Source of the DNA: Candidatus Woesearchaeota archaeon
GTDB taxonomy: Archaea > Nanobdellota > Nanobdellia > Woesearchaeales > JAGVZT01
Direction: 5' to 3'
NCBI GenBank assembly: GCA_043812815.1
Contig: JBDRLT010000037.1
Location: 16,965-80,964 of the forward strand
Length of the DNA: 64,000 nucleotides
Part shown: in pieces, positions 10,201 to 18,360 of the stretch
Position numbering within the stretch: position 1 is the first letter of the stretch
Layout: every line of letters starts with the position of its first letter
Position numbers and translations under genes: made by a program
Notes under the pieces: generated by a model
The model's input: the letters and a program-made list of their open reading frames with translations, nothing else
What the model was told of the DNA's origin: nothing
The model's database searches: none

Positions 10201-11438
10201 ATACCATCACTCACATTAATCATAATAGAATAATTCCCTGGCTGAACGTAATTAGGTGTAAAATTGATCAATCCAGTGGTAGGGTGGATATTAAACAGGG
10301 TTGTATTGTCGTAATAGGTGAGCGTATCAAATGGATCAGGATCAGAGGCATTAACCTGCAAAACAAAACTCGCCCAGGCATACGCTGTCTGATTTGAAAT
10401 ATTTTGAATTACAGGAATATCTCCCTCTTCAGTCACATTCAGAACCACATTGTTGCTGGTTGTAGAATTGATGCCATCAGACATAGTGAAATTGACTGTC
10501 TCCACACCATACCAGTCCCTCGCAGGCGAAAAGCTCACATTGTGAGGATCACTCGAGTTGATCACAATGTTGATATTCACATTACCCGCCACACTAAAGT
10601 TGAGCTCATCCTTCCAATCAGTGCATTCACTGTAATCAGGGTCATAGAAATAGTCGTCCAGGGAAATATTATTTGTTAGATTGTGGTCCTCTGGCCATGT
10701 AATATTTAGTATAGGAGTACTTGAATTAAAAACAGGGGGTCTATTCACATTGATAATTGTAATATCCCATGTTATACTGTCAGAAGAGCCGTTCAAATCC
10801 CACACAATCAGTGTAACATTCCTATTGGAAGGCTCACAAAAACCAGAGGTGAAATTCCATGAACTGCTATTCTTTGACTGGTTCTCGCCATCCAAAATCC
10901 ACACATTCTGGATAATATCCCCATAGGGCAGATCAGGGTCAGTGTAATTATAGCTGAATGAGAACCCAACTGAGTCATTTTCATACATGGTCTGGTTGAG
11001 GGGAGAAGGGCTGTACAACACGATTTCTGGTGGGTCATTAACGTTCGAGACATTGAACATCACAGGCGTTGTCTCCTCTTCATGATTAGAATCTCTAATA
11101 ATTAAGGTGACGTATTTGGCACCTACATCCCCATTGCGTGGAATGAAACTTATAACTCCAGTATTTGGATTCATGTAGAATGTAGAGAAATTGACAGCTT
11201 CTGAATGCGCATTGTGTGAATACTGTATGGGATAATTCCCATCATCATCTGTAGCATTGAGGTCATAGTAAAAAGCCACATCCTGAGTCAGGTTGAATTT
11301 TCTGGGCGGTTCTGGAACAAAATACGGATCTGTAGCCAGTACTCCTCGGAGTATTAATAGCCACACTACAACTATTGCCACCAACTTACCCTTCTTTAAC
11401 AACACGCTCACCTGTCCTTTCTGTAATCTCAAGCTCAT
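7230..11438 (-). CDS. large type-I membrane surface protein with about 10 cadherin-like/He_PIG (putative Ig) repeats, heavily N-glycosylation-sequon-rich
   Basis: Signal peptide KLVAIVVVWLLILRGVLA. Repeated motifs VNASDPDGDLLNFTHN, VNGSDPDGDGLSFYAN, NATDEDGDDLSFNS and FFYDPDGDALSYSVS. Dozens of NxS/T sequons. An S/G linker, then a C-terminal TM SYVIIIVVVFSLLTISLLW followed by a basic tail. Confidence 0.6.
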   Translation of the reverse strand: MSLRLQKGQVSVLLKKGKLVAIVVVWLLILRGVLATDPYFVPEPPRKFNLTQDVAFYYDLNATDDDGNYPIQYSHNAHSEAVNFSTFYMNPNTGVISFIPRNGDVGAKYVTLIIRDSNHEEETTPVMFNVSNVNDPPEIVLYSPSPLNQTMYENDSVGFSFSYNYTDPDLPYGDIIQNVWILDGENQSKNSSSWNFTSGFCEPSNRNVTLIVWDLNGSSDSITWDITIINVNRPPVFNSSTPILNITWPEDHNLTNNISLDDYFYDPDYSECTDWKDELNFSVAGNVNINIVINSSDPHNVSFSPARDWYGVETVNFTMSDGINSTTSNNVVLNVTEEGDIPVIQNISNQTAYAWASFVLQVNASDPDPFDTLTYYDNTTLFNIHPTTGLINFTPNYVQPGNYSIMINVSDGINNVFTVFHLQIFNNTPPGAYSIPDQAAMEGALFTLVVQGFDMDNDNLTFQTNYSRLGSASQINETAAQFSFIPRQQDVGNHSIRLKTVDEHGAVNYSYFNLNITDISFPPELDTLPSPIIVKVGKLFNLQVNASDPDGDLLNFTHNASTDFPHFAMNSSGSISFTANESDLGNHSVNISVWDIAPVPQDDWQVVLFVVTYNRAPTIEWLGLHNATEDMLFVLQVNGSDPDGDGLSFYANTSFVNMSTSGLISFIPNQTHIGLHNITINATDGDGGWATITFLLNISDMNDAPYFYPALENYSIWNRIFEHTNAEFYVNATDEDGDDLSFNSTFINGSSLFNITKVGRESALISFTPLTSDIGNYSVNISVSDGINTTWVVINFSVQSVNDPPSIAMIYPYGGPVANQTVFAWINRSLIGNATEINGSENMSVFFNHSSYDPDNLSLIYAWYLDGNAVASTEYWNYSLNFSTAGEHNITLVVSDGNSSDRFYWNLTVNNINRAPVYGKKIHDEYSGFGSGNYYTNSSGARVQLSYNGSEYYASGYFNSSVIDMDMNSYFEYTYISWDADLPNNTQMLVQTRTSTDNNTWTAWSAAFNASAISRGSITSTDYRYIQYRLNLSTDDGSATPVVQSVAISYVVANKTWSENQDVIEGGWIDLDDFFYDPDGDALSYSVSYEVYVDVTIQNLTHFVGLYPQSDGIDRVMFTATDVNNASGTSNRIKLTVLEDSGTSPGSSGGSSTSVIIETRIKQQETEVEKIVNLDIVAPDKLTTYKNGTIVSTIKIRNTGEELLSGITLSAESNHSGITFEFVKSFFESLAVDEEQKTSLIIQSPDLTGNFEIIIRADVTDPEFSDTAKMILYTIEKGELNETQLNTKITFTRDLLLANPECLELTELLEEAQAEIANGSLIKANELIENTIRYCRYLLTSKETMKEKPSEIQKLYDKIFLFTPLKRVKSYVIIIVVVFSLLTISLLWERHRKTRAVRKARS

Positions 11439-14157
11439 TCTTTAATCTTACCAATTTATCATAAAACTGCCTCTTATCTCCTTCTGGCAGCCCAGCGTAT
11501 AGCTCGGCAATTTTCCCATAAATCTCTTTGGCGCGCTTAAACTCCCTTCTAATAATATGGCGCCTAACCTCCACGCTCAACTTGTATATCTCTGCCAGCT
11601 CATTGCGCTCTGTTTTCTTTGATGGCGTACTCTTTGCTTCCTTATGCCCTGGAAGGTTGGTGCTAACTAAAGCTACAATCTCTTTAGCCCTTGCGATTCT
11701 TGCCGCAGCCTCCCTGACTGTCAGGCTTTTGTTGCCATATTCTATCTCAATGAGCTCTGTCAAATACTCTGTAATAGCCACCTTTAGCAAGCCAGGCAAT
11801 GCCTTCTTCCTAACCTCAGCAACCATTTCCTCATAAGTCGCCCCATAACTCAAATCATACGATTTAACAAGGAAATCCCTCAGGATTCGGTCAACCTCCT
11901 TAATAGCATCGAGGGCTTCGCCCTTACTTATCTTCCTTCCGCACTTATCCAAATCAGCTAAGGTGGCGACCTGAAGCTCTGCAATCCCCAGTTCAACAGC
12001 CTGCTCATGTTTTAGTTTTTCCCTAACCCGCATAATAGCCAGAGTGATCCTCACAATGTATGGCCTCATAAACAGGTAGGTGGTAAAGGCAAGCACGCCA
12101 AACAAAAGCAGGATAAGCCCGAAAAACATGAAATTATACACTTGTGAGGGCATCTCTTCTCTCAAGCAGGCAACGCAAGGCCCGCCGCAGTCTATGTCTT
12201 CCTCGCACATCCCCTCGTGGCAATTTTTGATACTATCATGACACGTGAAGCATGGATCACAAGGCCCGCCGCAATCAACCCCTTTTTCACCCTGATTCCC
12301 TATTCCATCAGCACACGTCGGGCATGGGCTACAGGGGCCACCGCAATCAACCTTTTCCTCGCCTTGATTTAAAATATTGTCATCGCATGTTGGCTGATAA
12401 ACACATCTCCTGCTCTCATTAGGGGTTTTCCACCAGTAGTTGCACTTGTTAGTGTCTTTGCACGACCTTGTCTGAATACCATCAGTCTCATTACCGCTGA
12501 TATTAACATCAGTCCATCTGAAAACGCACGCACCCCAAAGACCGCAAATCCATTCATCAACACAGTCAGCGTTCTCAATGTATTCCAGCTCAGTGTAGCC
12601 CCCGCCTCCACCACCACCGCCGCCTCCACCACCACTCCCGCCAGAAGGCCCGGTCTCTTCCTCCACATTCACAACCTGCAGATAAACCCTATTGCTGATT
12701 ACCTCAAGCCCATATTCATCAGTCGCAACAACCACAAAACTTCTATTACCATACCAGTTAGGCTCAGGAACCACATATACAATATTCGCACTATCCGATG
12801 TTATGTTAACATTAGCAACATTAGTTATCGCATAGCTTAGGGCATCACCATCTGGATCAGTGAAGTAGTTGTCCAGATCAACGTATTGCAGCCATCTATC
12901 CTCTTCCATAGTAATATTCGGTAAGACTCTGGCAAGCACAGGTGCACGATTAGAAATATTCACTGTGTCTGCAGCAGAATAATCAAAGTAGCTGCTAATG
13001 GTGCTATTGCAGTGGACCTGCCAGGAATATATGCCAGGAGCACTAAAGCGCCTGCTATACTCGTAAAGCTGGCTCGACCTAAACGCCATCTCACTCCAGC
13101 CAGTGAACCCAGAGACATTGAATCTGACAAAGCAGCCAACATAGCTGTTATTCACAGCAATTCCCGCACTAGTCAGATTGGCATAAAACCCTGTAGCCTG
13201 ATTCTTATGCCTCTCCTGGTCACCATTGTACACCCCTGAGTCTGTCACATCCCAAATGTCCAGCTCAGCAGACTCAATCACTTCAAACAGGGCAATGCTT
13301 GTAACCCTCACTACAACAGTGTTCGCATCATTCGAAACAAGAGTGCATATACTTGATGGGCAATCCACACCATTTCTCATTACTAGAGGATTAGACATAT
13401 TCACATTCACAAAGTGCAAGTACACTGGCAGATTTAACTGCGGCAGCATAGTTCTGTCAAAAGCTATCGCTGCCAAACTTAGATTGATGTAACGCGACAA
13501 ATTCAGGCCATCAACAAAAACTCCCTGGCCAGAATAATTAATCAGCCCCAGCCCAGGAACTCCAAGCAGCAAGTCAGAAACATTTGTCCACTCTCCCCAC
13601 ACATATGGATCAGCCAATGCACTCAGGTTAGTGCTGATAGCATATTTGAACTCCTCCCAATCTGGCTCATCATCTGTATTACTCACTGCAAAAAACCTGT
13701 TGGATTTGTCAACTCCTGTCAGTAGAGAGTAATCCACTGCCTCGACCCTCACCTTGTACAAATTCCCTTCAGGCACAAGAGTTGTGTCCCACTCAAACAT
13801 GTATTGACTGTCCCCATCATAAGTATCATTTCCCAAATAATGCCAGGGAGCCTCATCAAAGTTGTTAGCATAGTAGAATTTCACCACAGTCACTGTGTTA
13901 TCCCCCTGCATATCAGTCACATTTGCTGTTATATTCACCAAGCCATGCACTGCCTCAAAACCGTTTGGACAAGTGACTAAGACAGTGGGCGCATTCCCAG
14001 TAATACTTATGCTGACCTGGCCATACGCAACACTGTAGCCAACAGGAGTCAGCTTTGCAGCCTCAAAATATACAAGATAATTGGTTACAAATGATACGAC
14101 AACAAGCAGTACTGTCAGCAGGGCAAGCGCATTGTTTGAATAAATTTTCAGCCTCAT
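11386..14157 (-). CDS. surface protein: beta-rich ectodomain, He_PIG repeat, poly-Gly linker, 3x CGGPC Cys-rich repeats, TM helix, about 270-aa helical cytoplasmic tail
   Basis: N-terminal signal/TM. FTDPDGDALSYAI. G14 linker. NQGEEKVDCGGPCSPC / NQGEKGVDCGGPCDPC / DCGGPCVAC repeats. TM VYNFMFFGLILLLFGVLAFTTYLFM, then a K/E/R-rich helical region. Confidence 0.6.
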   Translation of the reverse strand: MRLKIYSNNALALLTVLLVVVSFVTNYLVYFEAAKLTPVGYSVAYGQVSISITGNAPTVLVTCPNGFEAVHGLVNITANVTDMQGDNTVTVVKFYYANNFDEAPWHYLGNDTYDGDSQYMFEWDTTLVPEGNLYKVRVEAVDYSLLTGVDKSNRFFAVSNTDDEPDWEEFKYAISTNLSALADPYVWGEWTNVSDLLLGVPGLGLINYSGQGVFVDGLNLSRYINLSLAAIAFDRTMLPQLNLPVYLHFVNVNMSNPLVMRNGVDCPSSICTLVSNDANTVVVRVTSIALFEVIESAELDIWDVTDSGVYNGDQERHKNQATGFYANLTSAGIAVNNSYVGCFVRFNVSGFTGWSEMAFRSSQLYEYSRRFSAPGIYSWQVHCNSTISSYFDYSAADTVNISNRAPVLARVLPNITMEEDRWLQYVDLDNYFTDPDGDALSYAITNVANVNITSDSANIVYVVPEPNWYGNRSFVVVATDEYGLEVISNRVYLQVVNVEEETGPSGGSGGGGGGGGGGGGYTELEYIENADCVDEWICGLWGACVFRWTDVNISGNETDGIQTRSCKDTNKCNYWWKTPNESRRCVYQPTCDDNILNQGEEKVDCGGPCSPCPTCADGIGNQGEKGVDCGGPCDPCFTCHDSIKNCHEGMCEEDIDCGGPCVACLREEMPSQVYNFMFFGLILLLFGVLAFTTYLFMRPYIVRITLAIMRVREKLKHEQAVELGIAELQVATLADLDKCGRKISKGEALDAIKEVDRILRDFLVKSYDLSYGATYEEMVAEVRKKALPGLLKVAITEYLTELIEIEYGNKSLTVREAAARIARAKEIVALVSTNLPGHKEAKSTPSKKTERNELAEIYKLSVEVRRHIIRREFKRAKEIYGKIAELYAGLPEGDKRQFYDKLVRLKNELEITERTGERVVKEG

Positions 14158-14438
14158 TCTCGCAACTCCAAGAAGTTCCTTACTGAGTAAGCCACTTTCC
14201 AGGTGGCAAGAAACTCCTCAAGTTTGGGAATGTTAGCTGAGGGCACCAGAACATTGTTTCTGCCAACAGCTTCTCCGCTTAGAGTATCCACAAACCCTGT
14301 CTCGCCCTTTCTGCCTTTTAGAGCATACCCAAACAGAGTCTTATGGGAATGGTTTAAGTTCTCAAGAGAATAGGTCACAAGCGACACAGCACACAGGTTT
14401 TCACTCTTGCTCGTTTTTCCACTTGATCTCATACGCAC
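14154..14438 (-). CDS. hypothetical small protein, first gene of the surface-protein operon (stop overlaps the downstream start)
   Basis: 94 aa, FGYALKGRKGETGFVDTLSGEAVGRNNVLV (possibly PRC-barrel-like). ATGA overlap with the 923-aa gene. Confidence 0.35.
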   Translation of the reverse strand: MRMRSSGKTSKSENLCAVSLVTYSLENLNHSHKTLFGYALKGRKGETGFVDTLSGEAVGRNNVLVPSANIPKLEEFLATWKVAYSVRNFLELRE

Positions 14439-14488
14439 ACTCCCAAAACTCTGTTTATTATCAACATATCTATTATATAAAGGTTTTG

Positions 14489-14569
14489 TTGTTGAGAATC
14501 AACAATTAAACAATCTGTTGACTATCAACAAAAATTGACAATTTGAAGTTTAAAGTTGATAATCAACAA
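14489..14569. promoter_or_regulatory. three 7-3-7 inverted repeats TTGTTGA-N3-TCAACAA (candidate operator sites) in a divergent intergenic region
   Basis: TTGTTGAGAATCAACAA (14489-14505), TGTTGACTATCAACAA (14516-14531), GTTGATAATCAACAA (14555-14569), plus a half-site TTGACAA at 14534. Confidence 0.45.
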
Positions 14570-14714
14570 AACACATCATCAAAAATCCCAATATGGATTA
14601 CAGCAACACCAAATGCCCCAAAAAAGGGCCAAACCAAAAAAACAGGAAAAGATTTATATATCTTAACCCCAAATATCACAGATATTCATAAAATACTAGA
14701 AAAAGGTTGATAAA

Positions 14715-14960
14715 ATGGAAGATGCGGATATACCCAAAAGAGTTATTCTTGTTCTGGTTGTTCTGACAATTGTGATCTCAGTGTTGGGCACATGGACTGT
14801 GATGGATGCAGTGAGCAGATCTTCAACATATGAGCCGAAATCAGTGGCCAAGGGCACAGTTTCTCTCAAAATAAACATGCCCCCTGGATCAGAGCCACCA
14901 CAACAAACACAAGACAATGGCATGGTTAGTATAAAAATTCTTGAAAATAAAGGAGGATGA
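14715..14960 (+). CDS. small membrane protein (single TM)
   Basis: 81 aa, hydrophobic core VILVLVVLTIVISVLGTWTV. ATGA overlap with the next gene. Confidence 0.35.
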   Translation: MEDADIPKRVILVLVVLTIVISVLGTWTVMDAVSRSSTYEPKSVAKGTVSLKINMPPGSEPPQQTQDNGMVSIKILENKGG

Positions 14961-15622
14961 AGAGTATGAATGAAGTCTCAAACAAAACATTGGCATTATT
15001 GCTTATAGTGGCAATCGCGATTTCTCTTGGAGGAACAGTTATTAGCCTCAACCGCTTGGCAGGGCTCAGATTTCCAATGATCACCGGTTTTGCATCAGAT
15101 ACAGGCACAGCAAGTGTTGAGATCACAGAGACAGCCTCGGCAAAATTCTCAATCGAAGCAGTTGATTTCCTGGATGGCTGGGTCAACCAGTCAGAGGGTG
15201 GAGATACATGCGAGATAACAGCAATTCAAGCTTCTTCAGGAACTGAGAGTGCCCCATGTTACGGCAACTGGGCAGCAGGCCTGGGCGGGTTGCAGATTGA
15301 AAATGATGGTAACCAGTTGGTTAGCATGACTATCAAATCTAGTAAAAACGGTACCAATCTTGTTGGCATTCCTGGCGGAGCATTCAGGTTTATGGCACAC
15401 AATAATGAGACAGGGAGCTGTACCATCTTAAACGCAAGTATGGATGACGAGTGGTATGCATGGGTGAAAAACACAGAGCATGTGATCTGCGGAAACCTTA
15501 ACTACAACAATTCTAAGGATTCAATGTGGGTAGACCTCAACCTGTCAATCAACTTCGCCTCAAATATGAGTGGTGAAGTAGCCCAGACAGCAACAATAAC
15601 CCTCACAGCAACTGGAATTTAA
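14957..15622 (+). CDS. secreted/membrane-anchored hypothetical protein
   Basis: N-terminal signal anchor KTLALLLIVAIAISLGGTV, with a Ser/Thr/Asn-rich ectodomain carrying NxS/T sequons. Confidence 0.45.
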   Translation: MKSMNEVSNKTLALLLIVAIAISLGGTVISLNRLAGLRFPMITGFASDTGTASVEITETASAKFSIEAVDFLDGWVNQSEGGDTCEITAIQASSGTESAPCYGNWAAGLGGLQIENDGNQLVSMTIKSSKNGTNLVGIPGGAFRFMAHNNETGSCTILNASMDDEWYAWVKNTEHVICGNLNYNNSKDSMWVDLNLSINFASNMSGEVAQTATITLTATGI

Positions 15623-15639
15623 TTTTTATTTTTTTTAAT

Positions 15640-16764
15640 ATGGGAGTTGTTAAAAAAATCCAATTTGGAATCTTTTTTCTATTAGTTCTACTAAGTGTCC
15701 AATCAACGCTTGCCACCAGCATTTCCCCTGGCAAAGCGACAATCGATTTTGAACCCAACCTTGAAAAAACACTCAGTTTCTACCTTTGCGGTGCAGAGAG
15801 TATCCAGTCTTATATCAAAGATTTTGATCTTGGGCAATATGCCACTATAGAAGACAATAATCAGAATGGTGGTTGCAGACACATCACTGTCCATATAAAA
15901 TTCCCTGAAAACATAAGTCCGCCTGGCAAGCATAGGATACTGGTCGGCGGGCTTCAGCTGGAAGGAAGCGCAGCTGGAATAACCACAAGGGTGGCAATCC
16001 AGGCCACAGTTTATGTAAATGTCCCTTACGAAGGCATGTATCCAGTGTGGCGCTTTGATGCTCCAAATGCCAATGAAGGCGAGCCAGTTCTTTTCCAAGC
16101 CATAGTTACTAATCTTGGGCTCATGCCAGTGCCAGGCGCTTATGTTTCAGTTGATGTCTCCAGCAACAATTCCCTCCTCAAGAATCTCAAATCAGCCACC
16201 AAAGTCATCCCGGCATTGGGCGAGGAGATTTTCCTTATGGAAATGTCCACTGTCGGAATGAAGTCAGGGACATACGACGTTCTGGCAAAGCTGCATTATG
16301 ATGCTGAAGAGCAACCCATTACTACCCAGTTTAACATAGGCACACTTTATGTGGCAATCAACAGCTTTTCAGAAATGGCAGAGCAAGGCAGGATTAATCC
16401 GATTAATGTTGAGATTGAAAGCAAATGGAACAATCTGCTGGAAGATGTCTATGCCAATATCCAGATAGGCAATTCGAAACTTAAAACAGCAAGCATTGAC
16501 CTCAAACCATGGGAGAAAACCAATATTACCGGCTACTATGATGCAGGCAACATACCACTTGGCTTTCAAGATGTATCCATTGTCTTGCACTATGAAGATG
16601 CCGCAACCACCAAATCAGGCAAACTGGAGATCATCAAACCCACATCAGAGGAAAAACCATCCTCCTTCAATTTCAAGATAACTCCAGTGCACATATTGAT
16701 TGGCATAATCCTGCTGCTGGTCATCCTAGATATTATGTGGTTTGCCACCCGTAAGCGAAAATGA
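15640..16764 (+). CDS. CARDB-like surface protein with C-terminal TM anchor (paralog of 17170..18360)
   Basis: Signal peptide, then ISPGKATIDFEP, a CARDB-like segment FQAIVTNLGLMPVPGAYVSVDV, and a C-terminal TM ILIGIILLLVILDIMWF plus RKRK. Confidence 0.5.
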   Translation: MGVVKKIQFGIFFLLVLLSVQSTLATSISPGKATIDFEPNLEKTLSFYLCGAESIQSYIKDFDLGQYATIEDNNQNGGCRHITVHIKFPENISPPGKHRILVGGLQLEGSAAGITTRVAIQATVYVNVPYEGMYPVWRFDAPNANEGEPVLFQAIVTNLGLMPVPGAYVSVDVSSNNSLLKNLKSATKVIPALGEEIFLMEMSTVGMKSGTYDVLAKLHYDAEEQPITTQFNIGTLYVAINSFSEMAEQGRINPINVEIESKWNNLLEDVYANIQIGNSKLKTASIDLKPWEKTNITGYYDAGNIPLGFQDVSIVLHYEDAATTKSGKLEIIKPTSEEKPSSFNFKITPVHILIGIILLLVILDIMWFATRKRK

Positions 16765-17180
16765 GATCCAAAACCATTGTTATTCTTATTATTTGCTTTG
16801 CTCTTCTCAGCATTACAGCCACACTAGTTTTTTACTCCCACTACATGATATACGATGCCAAAGAACTTGCCTTAGATGTCAAGGTGGCAGACCATATGGG
16901 ATTTAATACAGACACAGACGCCCTCCATTTCGGCATTGTCAAAAGCCCTGGTGCAGCGACGCGCTTCCTCAACATCTCCCATAAATACACTAAACCGCTG
17001 CAAGTCAACATTCAGGTAACAGGTATTGCTGGCAGCTGGCTCTTTATCGAAAACTCCAGCTTCTATCTTGAGCCAAATATCAGCATTATTCTTCCCATAG
17101 AAATCAACGTGCCAGAAAACATTCCATTTGGCCAGTACAATGGCAGCATACGCGTTATGTTCAAACGCTCTATTTCTTAA
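16761..17180 (+). CDS. small secreted hypothetical protein
   Basis: N-terminal TM/signal IVILIICFALLSITATLVF. 139 aa. Confidence 0.4.
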   Translation: MRSKTIVILIICFALLSITATLVFYSHYMIYDAKELALDVKVADHMGFNTDTDALHFGIVKSPGAATRFLNISHKYTKPLQVNIQVTGIAGSWLFIENSSFYLEPNISIILPIEINVPENIPFGQYNGSIRVMFKRSIS

Positions 17181-18360
17181 CCTTCTTAAAGAAGATCACC
17201 ACATTGAATATTATCAGCAGCACCACCATAAAGGTTAGCACATAGATCCCCTGCATCACGCTGCTGTTCTGGCCTTCTTCTGCTGACACAACCTTGCCAA
17301 ACGCAGTGGTCCTAATCTCATTCAGCGAAACTGCAATATCAAAGACCTGCTCACTCTTCTTCCCAAGATAATTCAGCACAATATCCAGCTTGTAGTCGCC
17401 AGCGCCCACACTCTTGGTATCCCAGTACGCTTCAATAGTCTGCTTCTCATAAGATCCGATATCAACACTTGCGGTTCTTGAAGTGGTATATACCTTGCCA
17501 CTAGCATCTTTTGCAGTCACATCCCCATATACTCCTGGGATATCCTGGTTCCAAAGGCTCTCCAGCATAATCTCAAATCTGGCAATCCCTCCAAGCTTGA
17601 AATCCCTCACGCTTATTCCTAATATTTCAATCATTGACTCGCCAATCGAGAAAGGTTGTTCATCCTTGGCATTCATGCCATCATAAATCAATGTGGCCAC
17701 AGCCTTGTAGCTACCCGATCCAAGATCAGGCATCCAAGGAACAACAATCACGTCTTTCTTTTTGGGATCCAGGGAAAAGATCTCACTGGAAGCACTGCTC
17801 AGCTTGTTGTTGGTTGGCCCGAATACATCCACCACAATCTGCCCACTCAAAATCTTATCAGTCCCCAGGTTCTTAACCTCGATCGCAAAGTTGCTTGATT
17901 TCCCTGGCTCGAAATGCGGGCTAAACAACTTAATCTCTGCATACTTTCCTGCGTAAGGAACCATCACATTAAGTTTTGAGATGACAGCCACAGACGCCGC
18001 CATACTCACACCAACATCTGCCTGACCTTTGCTTACCTCTCTTGCTACAATCTTGGTAATATGCAAGCCCTGCTTCTCCATCCTCTCAGGCAGCTTATAA
18101 GTATAGGATGTCAGCTTCTCTTTCTCGCCAGCAGCAAAGCTGACCATAGTCTCCTTAAACACTATCTGGTCAGCCAGCTCTCCCTCAGCATACAGCACCA
18201 CATTAAGTGCCTTGCCATCGCTGTTCATAAGCTTCAGATCAACCTTGTGTGCAAGCCCGGATTCGAAAACCACATCAACATGGCCAGGAGCAATCCCCAA
18301 AGCAAAGCACTGGCTAACCAAAACCAATGCCATTACCAACCATAATACTTTTTTTATCAT
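17170..18360 (-). CDS. CARDB-like surface protein with C-terminal TM anchor (paralog of 15640..16764)
   Basis: Signal peptide, then IAPGHVDVVFESG, a CARDB-like segment FAIEVKNLGTDKILSGQIVVDV, and a C-terminal TM plus KKVKK. Start overlaps the giant gene's stop. Confidence 0.5.
   Translation of the reverse strand: MIKKVLWLVMALVLVSQCFALGIAPGHVDVVFESGLAHKVDLKLMNSDGKALNVVLYAEGELADQIVFKETMVSFAAGEKEKLTSYTYKLPERMEKQGLHITKIVAREVSKGQADVGVSMAASVAVISKLNVMVPYAGKYAEIKLFSPHFEPGKSSNFAIEVKNLGTDKILSGQIVVDVFGPTNNKLSSASSEIFSLDPKKKDVIVVPWMPDLGSGSYKAVATLIYDGMNAKDEQPFSIGESMIEILGISVRDFKLGGIARFEIMLESLWNQDIPGVYGDVTAKDASGKVYTTSRTASVDIGSYEKQTIEAYWDTKSVGAGDYKLDIVLNYLGKKSEQVFDIAVSLNEIRTTAFGKVVSAEEGQNSSVMQGIYVLTFMVVLLIIFNVVIFFKKVKK

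Noticed and set aside
15623-15642. Oligo-T tract (TTTTTATTTTTTTT) as an operon-terminating terminator
   Set aside because: It lies between two co-oriented genes 18 bp apart that look co-transcribed. It may act as a partial terminator, but there is no evidence either way.
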